Positions 1 to 13,390 of a stretch of DNA of 64,000 nt are shown here, in pieces. The stretch spans positions 44,084,001 through 44,148,000 of the forward strand of contig NW_024704742.1 of the NCBI RefSeq assembly GCF_018977255.1, written 5' to 3'. The translations under genes and the position numbers were made by a program. Origin of the DNA: Callorhinchus milii. Its lineage: Eukaryota. The notes under the pieces were generated by a model that made no database searches, was not told where the DNA came from, and saw nothing but the letters and a program-made list of their open reading frames with translations. The number at the start of each line of letters is the position of its first letter. The first letter of the stretch is position 1.

Positions 1-1137
1 TTGAAACTAAGGGGACCTAATTCATTGTCCATTCTCTGGCTCTCTCTAATTAGTAGTTTTAAATCACATAAAACTAATTATTGACAAATATGACACTATT
101 GGTAAACATCTGTATGTGCCTTTATAACATTTAGCATTCTGTAACCATTCAGTCGACTCTGATGACCATTTTATTACATGTTATACTCTTTAATTAACTT
201 GCAGTACATTTATAAGAATTCCGAAAGGTTCACTTTCCTTTTTGATTTCTCAGGATTACCATGTTGCCAGATAATAGCTGCATTTATTACGATATGTTAA
301 TCAAAATTGTGATCATCTTTCATATCCTGATATTAATGCGTTGTAATATTGGAACATCCCTATGTACTTCAGAAAAGAAAATATCAAAAGCTTTAAGTGA
401 CTTCTGCCCTGTCTGCATTGCATACATCAGAACAGACATGTTAAATATAGCTTTATTTTTTCAATCATTTTCAATAAAAACAGTATTTAGTAGTTACTGA
501 TATGACTAAAAACGGAAGGTTTCTGGATGCACTAACATCTGATAAATGAGGTTCAGCTATTAACTGAATTTGGGAGTGTGGCCATAAAGTATTGAGTTTA
601 TTGTGTTATTTTTCACACAAAGCACTGCTTTTATATGTGGAAACGTATTCCCAGCATTTTATATTTACAGTACTTCCACCTACATATACTTTGTTTCTTT
701 TTGACATTTTGATTGCTACAGTGATTTATTTTTTGAAAGTGATAAATGGTGTGTATGCCCTTTAAAGTGTAATTTGTTCTTTGGAAATGGTGCCTAACAG
801 ACTGAATGCCACATATCATTGGTTACACCTAATAGCTGGCAAAGCTACTGGTATTATTTATTTTGTAAAAAGAATTTGATTTCAGTATTTGTGTACTTCA
901 CAGGTCATGATATTTGCCTTTTTTCAAAAATCTAAGGTTGAAACTTCAAAGAAACACAGAAGATCTTTTAATCAATGAACAGGAGCCCTATTTTGAAAGT
1001 TGTTCTTCACTTAGATTTGAATTAATGGGGTTTTGAAAAAAATATTTCCATAGACATTACAGTATTAGCATCTTAATGGGAACACCACTCAAACAAGCAA
1101 ACCATTCCCTCTAAGAATTAAAAGAGTGGGGAACTAA

Positions 1138-1381
1138 AATAATCCTTGCATTTCACTTCAAGAGGATATCTCAAAAGCTCTTTACAGGATTTACTGTTAA
1201 GTGTAGTGACTATATTTGATAAGCAATCATGGTAGCCAATTTGCACACAGCGATGTCTCACAAACAATCATTAAGTAAATAGCCAATTTTATCTGAGAGG
1301 TTGTTGGGAAGAGCTCTTTTTGAACAGTGCCATGGCATCTCTAATTCCACCTGAGCATGGTTTAATATCTCAGCTGAAGGT
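1138..1381 (-). mobile_element. Old Deu-domain-like SINE fragment
   Basis: Shares tttgaacagtgccatgg...ccacctga...tttaatatctca with other old copies in the window. Confidence 0.65.
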
Positions 1382-1734
1382 GGAGTTCTTGAGCAGAGGT
1401 AGAATGGTGGGGTAGACAGGGCAGGAGATATCTGCTTATAGCAAAATGTTTTTGCAGATTCCCAGGTTTGTATAATGATCAATTTTCTAAATGTAACAAT
1501 TCGGTGTATTGATTGCAGCCTCCTTAATTAATATTTAGGAACAAAAGAATGCCTCCAAAATCTCAATAAGATGTTGATCAGTACTGGGCCTACTTGCAGC
1601 CAAGTTCCATCTCCATAGCTGTCACCTAAGGGAGGCGCTGAACGAACTCTGATGTCTAAAATGTTTGGCTTGAAGGAGTTCTTGTACTGTAGCATTAAAC
1701 ATTTACTCTAATTTTTTTTGTCTTGGAAGAAATT

Positions 1735-2168
1735 ATAACAGTAACTTGGGAAGCGGAATACCCTTCCGTGTTTTGTGGTAGAGACAAGCGAGTCCATTGT
1801 GGCTTTCAAGAGGGAAGGGGTATAAGAAAGAGGGGCTTGAGGGATGTTAGGACAGGGTAGTGGGATTAATTGATCTTGCTTAGTGAGCAGGTATGGAGTC
1901 TGGACTAAATGTGGTCCTCCTGTGCGGTAGCTTTAGGATAGTAGTAGAGTAAGCAGAGTAGCAAGGATATGGAATGCTTTGCTGGGAGTGGTGATTGAGG
2001 CAGAATCCATATTGATCTTCAAGAGGGAACTAGACAAATGAAAAAGAGTCAGTCACGGGATATTGGGAAGGGCAGCTAAATAGGACTGAAAGGTTGCTCT
2101 TCAGGTAGCTGGCACAGACACAATAGCCCCGAATGGCCTTCTGTGCCGTAAATTTCTATATGTTTCTG
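1735..2168 (+). mobile_element. Two old CR1 3' end fragments in tandem
   Basis: ggaat...gtggt.gag...ttcaagagggaa seen twice; gaatggccttctgtgccgtaaatttctat end. Confidence 0.65.
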
Positions 2169-2824
2169 TAACTTTCAAATAAATTTGGGACTGGGTGAGC
2201 AATGCATTTTTTTCCTGGTTTCACCTACCTCTGCTTACTGGAGCAGCACATCTGCTGGCTCATCTGCAATTAGGATCTTGTGATGAGGGGAATTGGACTT
2301 TGGCTTATGACTGCAAGGTATAAAAGTGAGGGTTTTCCTCAGGCCATTTCTGAGCCTCCAATGGTGCTGCATAGTATTCATTGTGCATCGATTGCACACG
2401 TATAAACCATGGAAAACTGGGTGTGGGTTCCTGTGTTTTTTATATAGTTTGTTCCCCGTGGACAATTTTAATTGGATCATTGGGGAATACAAATACATGA
2501 GGATGAGATGTAAGAAAGTAGAAAATGCTTGTTGGTTGAAGGTTGATCCTGCAAGTCAGTGAGGTCTCGTACTCTGTGCTACCAGCTTTTTTTATGTGGC
2601 AGTGTAAGCCAAAACAACTCAGACATGGAAACCTGATCAACTTTCACAAGGAAATGTTAGTTACTGTTAGGTATACGATAATACTATTGCTTTTGTTCCA
2701 AAGCACCTCATTCTGTTACTTAGATAATGGATCAGTCGTAGCCTGAAGTGTGAAGGATCATTGAATCTGCACAAGCAAGTGTTTGCTTGAGACAAGTGTT
2801 CCCATTAATCAGGTGCTCATTAAC

Positions 2825-3145
2825 GTGGAGTCCTGTAGCTCAGTGGTTAGAGCACTCGCTTTGCAAGTGAGAGACCTGAGTTCAATTCCAGACAGAGCGA
2901 AACCTTGGGCAAGTTTCCTTACTCCACACAGAGCCTAATAATAATCCCTCCAAAAAACAAAGCAATAATAAATTGGTCATTTTCAATCTACGACTGTTTG
3001 TGGGATACTGCTGTGCGCAATTGGCTGCCGCGTTCGCCCACAAATATAGTCCATTCACTTTACAGTCTATTCTGTGAAGTGCTTTGAGACGTCAAGAAGT
3101 CGTGAAAAGTGCTATATCAAATGCAAGGATTATTATTATTATTAT
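2825..3145 (+). mobile_element. tRNA-derived SINE, short young subfamily, full length
   Basis: GGAGTCCTGTAGCTCAGTGGTTAGAGC head with A box and GAGTTCAATTC B box; L2-like 3' end; (ATT)n tail; near-identical to other copies in the window. Confidence 0.92.
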
Positions 3146-6100
3146 AACTGGCTTGCACTGTGAAATGGAAAATCAGGCTTTGACCCATCATTTCTCTGTC
3201 AGACAGGTGCTCTGGTACTTACCCCAAAGATAATTTGCAGATTAAAATACTGCTAAAGATAGTTTTTGTAAGCAGACTAATATTCCAGGCACTCAGTATG
3301 TTATGCATTAAATTGTGTAGGGGTCCAGGCATTTCCTACTGGAGAGCATTGTATGTTTGAAAGAGAACATATATTACTGGTACTTGCCTTAAACTGAATT
3401 TGCCTTTGTATAGCTGTTGGAACAAATGTGTCCCACACTGGTATCCTTAGTTGTGTTCGTGCAAATATTTATGTGAAAACTCATTGCTGAATGTTTAAAA
3501 ACACCCAGAACCTGTTTTCCACTTTTGAACTATTGCTGAGATCAAATCACGTGTCACCCGGAATGATCACCTGATGTCAATTTTTAAAACATCAGGTGAT
3601 TCTAATCAAATTAGGTTTTCAAATATTTTCCAATGTAAATTTAAAGAAGGAAACCTGTTTTGTTCTTGTACGTGTTTGCAACATTGCCCTTATTAGAAAG
3701 ATACCTCAGTGGCAGGGGTGCATTCTACCTCCAACCATGTCTCAGTTTCAATACAACGGTTGCGTAATCCAATTTACCTCAGATGGATGTATTTATCACA
3801 GTTGATAGCTTTATTATCAGCTGGGTGAAACATGCACAGTTCTATCACATTGCTTAAGAGTATCCAAAGCAGATTGGCTTTCCGCAAAAGCTTCCAATTG
3901 TTTGTGCAGCTTGGACCACCCTCTCATTAAGCCGAACAGTTGTCTGAGAGATCAGACAACTGAGTGCGTGATAGTAGCTGCATGGGTGCTTCATTTTTTC
4001 ACAATGTAATCAAAGACAGACTAAGAACAATTGACTTGAGGTATTTGGGGTTAATATTTTTGGCATATTGTAATTTCATATCCCGGAAAGATACAGACAA
4101 TAATCTGGCAGTTTATACTGTATGTATTATTACTGAGAGCCATTAACAAAACAGAAGACCAAATGCGCGTTACACGGCAGAGCAGAAAACTAGAACATTT
4201 CAGTTCTGATGTCTCCTATTAAACTGTTCTGAAAACTAAGAATCCGCTTTTGTTTAAACTGTATTAAGTAATTTAAGCAGGTGCAATTGTTTGATTTTAA
4301 ACATTTCTTAACTGGTAATTTTGAACCTGAATCACTTGTCCCTGGCCTCAAGATACTGGAGATTGAATAACAGAAAACGTATGATTTGCCGTTTAGTGTA
4401 TAACAAGTAAAGATGTTCACACAAGACTCGCCATGCAACTTAAAAGTTAAGTCTTGAAGTATCAAATGCTACTTGCAGTTTTCAAATTATGCATGTCTCC
4501 TCTCTTAATCTTCTCAGGTTATTGTGTGTGTTTAGCATTTCTGCTTTCTTTACAAGCTGGTCTCCAACCGGAAATCTACTCCCCTAATCCTCTTCCAATC
4601 GCCCTTCGTAATTAAGAAATAAGAGTTGCATGTTTACTTTGTCAAACTGTTGCCCTCTTATGTTTTTCCTCTTCATCAGTAAGATTCAACATTTTCTTCC
4701 TTTCAAATAATGCCTTGATTTTGTCCCAAATGTCGCCTGAAGCTTATGACTTAGTTGGCATAATGGATGGGTCCATGGCTGGTTGCAGACCTTTTTTTTT
4801 GCTTTAACAGATATCTGATGTGCATAGATATCTTATCTACATTCTTAAATCTTCAAACCAAACTATTGAGCTCCGCAAATGTATGGTTTCTGTTTGTCTG
4901 GGATGGAGTTCACATTCTGTTTACCTAATCCTAGAGTATAGACTCAAGTTGGAAAGAATCAGGGCTTGGGAACTCTGAAGATAACCATCTAAAACTACAC
5001 AACTTATAATTGCAAACACTGGCCAACTTTCTACTGCTTGACCAGCTAGGAGTAGCCTACCCATTAGGACTTTGTCTTGCAGGGTTAATGGGTGCTGAAT
5101 GGGAAGAATCTTCCAAGACTACCAAAAAGCCAGGCTGGAGGGTATGTCATCAACAGTGCCTTGGATTTCTGTGGATCTACCTGGCTCAGGTACTGGACTA
5201 CCGAAACTGCTGCAAAGGATTGACTATTGTGATCTTCATTGCTAGGTGTGGCACTTTGGAGCCACCTTAGGCCCACTTACCTCCTTTCCCCTCCCATATT
5301 TCGCCTGCAAAACATACAGTCAAGTCAATTCACTTTACAGTATATTCTGTGAAGCCCTTTAAGATGTCTAGAAGACGTGATAAGGTGCTATATCAAATGC
5401 AAGGATTATTATATAATTATGTTACAGCTAAACCTACACTCACAAACACATGCCAAATTTCTCCCACCCTGAAGATGTTTGGATCAATTTTGCTTCTACC
5501 TGGGTAGCTTGACAGGCACAAGTTACCATTCGATACCTTGCTCAAATGACAATTTATATATGTTTAAGCCTTGCAGGTGAGCATTGAGTCTATTTGAATT
5601 GGAAAGGGGTGGGGGGTTCAGTTAAATCTGACCCTGTTTTCGCCCTGTGTCTCCAGAAGGTTCTGAATAATCCCTAATCCAAATGTCTGAGTCCAAGTGT
5701 AGCATCCTGGCTGATCAGAATGCTTACTGCTTTGGGCGGGAGCTTATCCAGCAATTGTATTCTGAAAGTAGACAGGGTAAAATTCACCAGGAGCAAAATG
5801 GATATTCAGTTCTACAAAGTGAGATCGCTTTTTTTGCAGAATGAAGTTATCTTATAAACCTGGTCATAAGTAGATGTGATAGCAATAATGAAAGTTAGTT
5901 CTATATAGTGTGCAAAATTTAATTTTGAGTAAGAAATGTAAGATGTACTGGAAAGTTTTTTTTTGTCAACAGACTGTTGCATAGGGGAAGTATTTGAAGC
6001 ATTTCAGACTTGGGCAATTAAAGTACTCATTTTGAAAACTGAGCTAAAATGGGGAAAATATTTCTGTTTGAAACTAAATGAGTCACAAGTGATAGACATT

Positions 6101-7450
6101 GCAGCAATGCGATGTTACACAGTCAAAACAAAACTAGAAGGAAAAGAGCGGCCTTTTATTTAGGGCAATATTTAAACAAAACTCAATTCTGTCATTTTGA
6201 CTTAAAAAGAAACATTGGTGTATGGTGTTATTTCTTGATATTTCTTAATAAAAATGTGTAACAAATATAGAATATGCTGAACAATGTTTTAAGAATTCAA
6301 TGACACATTGTTCAACATGCTTGATTTTTTACAAATTCGACGATTGCACATTTTGTGTTAAGAAAAACGATAAACTAGACACCATAGAAACCTATCCAGC
6401 TAATTTGCGCTGTATTATGGTTAGGATTCGGGGGATTGAGAACACGCCAAACCTGCTAACTATCAAACGTGCACTTACCACATTAAAATATACCAACTAT
6501 ATACCAACCTATAAAGCTACCAAAAAATAAAAGATTTCTATTTTCCCATTGTGTTATTATTTATTGCACATCCTGTTGTTGTTAGTCACTCAGACCATGG
6601 CTGTTTGTGGGATATTGCTGTGCACAAACCGTCTGCTGGGTTTCACCCACAGAATGCATACTTTATATTAGATCCTGTGAAGCGATTTAAGATGTCTCAA
6701 CGACATAAGGCACTTTCTCAAATGCAGGGATTATTATTATATAAAACTTAATCTCCTTGTAGTTATACATATGGATTGTAACTTCAATTCTACTAATATT
6801 TTATGGCCTTTTCTTTCAACTCTTTTTGTGTTGGAAGCATGTTTTAGGAGTATCTGGCTGCACTCTATCAAATGCAAGGTTTATTATTGCAAGATATCAG
6901 AATATTGTCAAATGGCATGCTGGAAGATAAAATCAGAAGGTCTGAAGAACCTTTTTTCATCTATACTTATGGTTTGTTTCACACCACACAATAAAATAGA
7001 AATATATACACCCTGGATTGACTTGTTCTCAGCAGGCTCCTGTGTAGTATTTAAAACTCGTTCCAGCTTTAAACATGTTTACATTTGGAAATTGTACTGA
7101 AACTGGTTTTGCTTGAGGGACAGAAAATGTGCCCGTGAGAAATACTAACTACCAGTACATGTTGATGGCAATGGGTATAGGAAAAAGTAATATAACCCCT
7201 GTCAATTCTTGTCTGATCACTTTAGTTTTAGCTATGGAAAGAATTGTCTCTTTCAAAATTAAAAAATAATAATGAATTCTTTGGCAGGTTTAGTCTTCCA
7301 TCTGTTAACACTGTTTCACACATGCCTGTGTAACATGATTCCCCTTTTGCACCATCTAAGGGAATTGACAGATAAAACCACTTTAGGCTTTAAGGCGGTC
7401 TTAAACCTCAAATCTCACAACAGCTCCTCCAGAGAACCATAGAAATTTAT

Positions 7451-7773
7451 ATAATAATAAAAATACTTGCATTTGATATAGTGCCTTATAACGCGCTTCA
7501 CAGAATCTACCGTAAAGTGAAATGACTGTATATTTTGTGGGCGAAACGTGGCAACCAATTGCGCACAGCAGTATCTGACAAATTATTTTTTTTGAAGGGA
7601 TTATTACCCCCGGAAAATCAATCTGCCAACTAATTTAACCGGGTTCCTGCTTATGGCTAGGTAAACAGGTGTGTGGAGTAAGGAAACTTGCCCAACGTTT
7701 CGTCCTGCCCGGTAATCAGACCCAGGTCCTCTCGCTTGTGAGGCGAGTGTTCTAACTGATAAACTTGAGGACT
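7451..7773 (-). mobile_element. tRNA-derived SINE, long older subfamily
   Basis: Same head and tail as the short family plus an extra central segment of about 55 nt. Confidence 0.85.
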
Positions 7774-7782
7774 TTATGGTTT

Positions 7783-7940
7783 AGATGGAGGCCAATTGGC
7801 CCGTGTATGTGCTGACTCTTTGAAAGAGCAGTCGATTCAGTCCCCATTTACTTGTTATTTCCCCATAACCCTACAATTTACTCCTTAGACAGCTTTCAAG
7901 TTCCCCCTTGAAAGCTAATATGGATTCTACTCGAGCGCTG
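7783..7940 (-). mobile_element. Old CR1 3' end fragment
   Basis: Reverse complement of the CR1 3' UTR seen at 2020-2165 and 29690-29840. Confidence 0.6.
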
Positions 7941-8771
7941 TACCTGGTAGAATAATACACATCCTTGCAAATCTCGCACTTTGCTCCCGTGCTAATTTCA
8001 GCACGGTAAATTAATGCCCCCTCGTCACTGACTGACCAATTACCTTTAAGTAATATCAAGGAATTTTAACACCGATATCACTAAGTCAATACAATGAACA
8101 ATGTTTCTGACAGCTGGTTCGGAAATGCTCTGGGCATTGCTGCTGACATTTCATTCTTTTTCCTACTCTTTGCCTTTGCTTGTGCAAATATTTTGAAGCT
8201 TGATATCTTTGAATTAGAAATGCGTCTCAGTAAATTACCAATAGGAATAATTTTCTTCAGTCTGTTTCAATTCTTAAAGTTAAACGTGATTTATATAGAG
8301 TTGTGTAACGTTTGTTTTTGTCTCCCCACTTATCCCCCTTCTCCTCTCGTGAGGAAATTTGACTCCTTTTTCTTCAACTGGGGTATTGTTACATGGACAT
8401 TAAATTTATATTCTGACTTATAGTTTGTTTGCAAAATATATTGTTTGCTTTGCTACCTAGTTTGATGCAAGGCAAACCTATCTGCCTACAAAACACAGTC
8501 ATTGCACATTACAGTATATCTTGTGAAGCTCTTTGGGACGTCCTACCAATGTGAAAGCTGTTGCGCCAAATTTAAAGATTATTCTTATTTTATTATTATC
8601 TTTGAAGATTTCATTTTAAGATTGTATTGAATACCAACATTTACAATATAAACAAATATATAATCAGTCAGCAAATGTGTACCAAAGGAATTAAGATTAC
8701 AAGTGAAGATGAGATGATTATACAATTGCTGATCATAACAACAATAGGATTAAACATAAACATTAACATAG

Positions 8772-8973
8772 ATAATAATAATAATCCTTGGATTTGATAT
8801 AGCGCTTTTCACGTCTTCTAGACGTCTCAAAGCGCTTCACAGAACATACTGTAAAGTTTAAAGAATATAATGTAAATTGACGAAACGTGGCAGCCAATTA
8901 CGCACAGCAGTGTCCCACAAACAGTCGTGGATTGAGTGACCAAATCTTTATTGTTTTTTTCTTGAAGGATTAT
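8772..8973 (-). mobile_element. tRNA-derived SINE, 3' half
   Basis: Matches the family 3' region and tail. Confidence 0.85.
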
Positions 8974-9510
8974 TTGATGAAAGTAAGATCACCTTAACAA
9001 ATCAATTTGGGAAGATTCTTAAATCGCAGTTTGGCAGTCAGTTTTCTAATGAAGATTTCAGGAAAATTGGTTTCCCAAATTATACTGAAATAAGCATTTT
9101 CTAAACTTTTGTAAAAAGAATATAAATTTTGAGATAATGAATATTATTAAGGTTGACACCAAGTGGAATTTCAGTCACAAGTTTTGCCATAATTTACATA
9201 TAAATGAATTGGCAAAATATACTGCTTTTGACAACTGCCTGAATGTTGTGATCCAATGGTATAGAGGAGATCCTACGCGCCGTTGAGCGAAGGGAACTAT
9301 TGTTCTTTGTTATATGTCAATGGACGAATGACTTACATTCTATGAACAATTGTTTCATTCAACAAGTCCAAGCCATTACTACTTGTGCTGGTACTTCGAA
9401 GCACTTACATAGAGGATTCAAGAAAACATATCTGCTTTATAGTTTATGAAGACTGCTACCACTTTATTACCTTGAGGTGTTTTAGAATAGTGAGATTTGA
9501 TCTCGGGGTG

Positions 9511-9784
9511 ATATAATAATAATAATCCTTGCATTTGATATAGCGCTTTTCATGTCTTCTAGACATCTCAAAGCTCTTCACAGAATATACTGTAAAGTGA
9601 ATTGACTATATATTTGTGGGCAAAACGTGGCAGCCAATTGCACACAGCAATGTCCCATTAACAGTCGTGGATTGAAGTGACCCAATTTATTTTTTTTGTC
9701 TTGAGGGATTATTATCATGCGTGTAGTAAGGAAACTTACCCAAGGTTTTACCCTACCAGGAATCGAACTCAGGTCTCTCGCTCA
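9511..9784 (-). mobile_element. tRNA-derived SINE, short subfamily, slightly 5' truncated
   Basis: Matches the family from the tail to the anticodon arm. Confidence 0.88.
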
Positions 9785-10319
9785 ATGACTCTTATCACGT
9801 CATTGAGCTGTCTCAAAACACTTCACAGCATGTATTGTAAAGTGGATTGACTGTGTATTTTGTGGGCAAAACACTAAATAAATTATAAAATAAAAAATAA
9901 ATTATGAATGTAACTCCTAATATATTTGCTCCCAAGATGGCCACCCACAACATTGAAATAGGTTCATGAAAGAGCAATTTGGGAGCAGCCAAATGGACGA
10001 CAATGGCTTTTTCCAGACCTGCATAATCCTGTGTTCCCATGTTGGGAATGAGAGAAACAACAACAACTTGCACTTATATAGCTCCCTTCACGCAGGGTAA
10101 CGTCCCACAACTCAACTTTTAGAAAGGAAGTGTCTCATTTTTTTTTCCTACAGGTGCTATTTCACAGGCAAAATACATTTAACTAAACAGCTCATCATTC
10201 AATGAAGAGGCGATCAGATGGACATATCTATTTTATTGGAGACTGGTAACCTGGGTGCTGTAGCATTCTCTTGCCAACAGCACCACCATCAGTTGAGTAT
10301 TATTTCTGCATTGTTGAAT

Positions 10320-12860
10320 GGTGGTTCAGTGACTCTGAGGGAGAGCCCAGGGAGGTTGAGGAGTTCAGATCTGCAGGAGTGAAGATGTTGATGGGAGCCA
10401 AGGAGTATGGCTTCCGTCTTGTCCATATTCAGCTGCAGGAAGTTTAACTTATCCAGGCTCTGATGTCTGACAGACAAGCTGAGAGAACATTGTCGGGCCT
10501 GAAGTTGGTACTGGAGGAGGCAAAGTAGATTTGTGTGTCATCCGCATACATGTGGAAGTTTACCCCGTGTCTGCGGATGACATTGTCCAGAGGGAGCATA
10601 TAGATAAGGAAAAGAAGAGGGACAAGGATGGAGCCCTGGGGTGAGCAGAAACCATTTGCTGAGATGAAGTGGAAGCAGTTTGTTAAGTAAGACTCGAACC
10701 ATGCAAGTGCGGTCTCCCTAAGCTGGATGAGGGAGGAGAGGCGATGGAGGAGAATGCTGTGGTTAACTGTGTCGAATACAGCAGAGAGATCCAGAAGGAC
10801 GAGGAGGTAGAGGGTCACAGACAGAGAGAATGTTGTTTGTGACTTTGACAAGTGCTGTCTCTGTGCTATGGGCAGGTGAAAAACAAACTGCAGGGGCTCG
10901 AGGAGGGAGTGGAGGGAGAGGTGTGACCAAAGTTGACCTGCAATAATGTGTTCCAGGACTTTGGCAAGAAGGGCAGTTTGGAGACGGGACAGTAGTGTGA
11001 GAGATTATAGGGATTGAGAGTGGGTATTTTGAGGAGTTTGTGATAACAATGGTTTTCAGGGCAAGTGGAACAGAGCCTGAGGAGAGAGACTGGTTGAAAG
11101 TGTCAGCCAGAAGAAGGAGGGGAGGGGGAGTTGAGTGACCAGCAGCTGGGTGGGGAGGGGGTCGAGGCAGCAGGTGATGAACTTTGTGCGGGTGATTGTG
11201 GTTGAGAGGGAGGAGGGAGAAATAGGAACAAAGGAGTGTAAGGAGGGGGAAGTGTAAGGAGCCATGGAGGATGGAGAAGGCGGTGTGGCTAATTGGATGT
11301 TTTCAATCTTTGAGGCAAAGAAGTCTAGGACCTCTTTGCATTTGGCGTTTGATGTAAGGATAGAGGGAGTTTCAGAGGAGGTGATGGACGGTGGAAAACA
11401 ATGGAGTTGGGTTGTTTTTGGCCTCCATGATGACTTTGAAGTAAAAGTAAGTTTTGGCCGGTGACAGGAAGAGGCGGTAGGTATAGAAGTGCTTGAGCCA
11501 GGATGGTGGTGAAATGTGAGACCGAATTTCTACCATCTGCGCTCGAATGTTTGGGACACTGCTGTTTGGAAGTGGAGCTAAATGGCTAAATGCTTACCCA
11601 CCAATAATGGGGTGAATCAGGTAGAGGACATGACATGGAGGGGACAGGCAGAGTTTTAGAGAAACATCCCAACATGAAAGGCAGGGTGAGGAGGCCATGG
11701 AGGGGTTCAACTGTGAGGATCTTGAATTCAATACACTGGGGGATGGGGAGCTAGTGGAGCAAGTGAGAATGGACTCACACAGCTTGGTAAGCAAGACAAC
11801 ATGGGCTGCAGAGTTATGGATGGTCTGCAGCCTATGCAGGGAGCAGCTGGGATGTCTAGTGATCAGGATATTGAAATAATCAAGCTTTGACATGATAAAG
11901 GAGTGGATGGGGGTCTTGACAGTTCAGGGTAGATGTAGTAACAGTGGCAAAGGGTGATGTTGTAGAAGTGATGGAAACCCACATGAATGAGAGCCCAGAT
12001 GCAGAGCTTGATGAACAGTTGACTGGATTGACCCAATTTTGGACCCAATGAAGTACAGGAACAGAGGCCTGGGTCATTAAGGAGGCTGTTATACCTGGGA
12101 GAAGTTCAGGAATAAGAGCCAGTTTGGGTTGTGATGGGAACTAGGGTGTTGAGGATGGCAGCCAGGGAGTATTGCAGAAGGTTGACAGGGAAGGTAAGGT
12201 CGAATTGGGTGGAGTTCCAGATGGGCAGGAGTTCATAGTGATGAAGGGCAGTTGTTAAGGAGAGGGAGGATTATATTTTTCAAGGAGCGGAAAGCAATAG
12301 CATCAGGTTTGGTGGTCAGTTGGGTGAAGAGGGAGATAAGGGAAATGAAGAAATGGTCAGAGATGGCTTTGTTAGAGATGAAGATGTTGGAGCTGGAGCT
12401 GGCTTCGGTGAATGGTATGGATTTGGGTGGGGTATTGACATGAAGGATGAGGTTGAGGGAGAAATGTGCCAGGAGATATGCAGTGAAGCAGTAGACAATG
12501 ACAATTTTGAGAGAGATTGCAGGGATGATTGGAAGTGAGGTTGTTAAAAGAGGAGAAAGTACCAGAAGAGTGGGGGTGGGGGGGGGTTAGACTAATTTGA
12601 AACCTGGATATGAGTGCCACACCACTGACATGATAGTTGGGGAGAGCCGTGTGGTGGAAGGTCTAGCCTTAGTGAGGCAGCCTGGTAAGGTGTCACCAGG
12701 AATGAGCCAGGTTTCGGTGAAACAGAGAATGTTGATGTTTTCGTCCATGATGAGATTATGGCTTTGTCGGCACAAAGAGAAACAGGTGGGGGATCGTTGA
12801 CTGAAGAGTTTGCAGGATGGTGAGTGGAGGAGACCCAAGAAAGGTTGTAATTGGAGGTTC
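10320..12860 (-). mobile_element. Degenerate L2-clade LINE ORF2 (endonuclease, linker and reverse transcriptase fragments)
   Basis: ILCFTETWL (APE endonuclease) near 12700; LLVLLDLSAVFDTVNHSILL, PQGSILVPLLFLIYM and HMYADDTQIY (RT) at 10444-10851; frameshifts and stops. Confidence 0.9.
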
Positions 12861-13108
12861 ATAGAATTCTGGTCGTGAATGTGTTACTCCTAGCAGAATA
12901 GGATACAGGAACGGTTTCTTGCTGTTGTGGAAGTGTAGAATGTTAAGACCCTAAATTGATAAGTATTGGCACTTTCATTACTCATTAGCTGATAAATGAA
13001 CAGGGATTCAAACATTTCAAACACACTGCTACCTGCCCTGCATGTCAATTGGACCTCGACCATGTTCATAGCTACATGAAGGTCTTGTTGCTCAGCTGAG
13101 AGGTGAAA

Positions 13109-13390
13109 CAACAATAACAAAAAAAATTACATCTGTAAAGCACCTTTCACGTCGGGAGGACGTCCCAAGCTGCTGGATAGACTGAGTTTTGGACCCAAGC
13201 TGGGGATCGGGATCGGGGAGGGTGGAGGGCAGGGGGGGAAAGCAGAGAGATCGAAAGCACGGTCGAAGAGGAGGGTCTTGAGATGGGTCTTGAAGGAGGC
13301 AAGGGAGGGGGCGAGGCAGAGGGACTGTGAGATGGAGTTCCAGAGGGTGGGGGCAGAGTGGCAGAAGGCCCACACTGTAAAGAGCAAGTG
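13109..13390 (-). mobile_element. L2 LINE 3' end
   Basis: AFCHSAPTLWNSISQSLCLAPSLASFKTHLKTLLFDRAF followed by a 3' stem-loop and (TTG)n tail. Confidence 0.88.
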
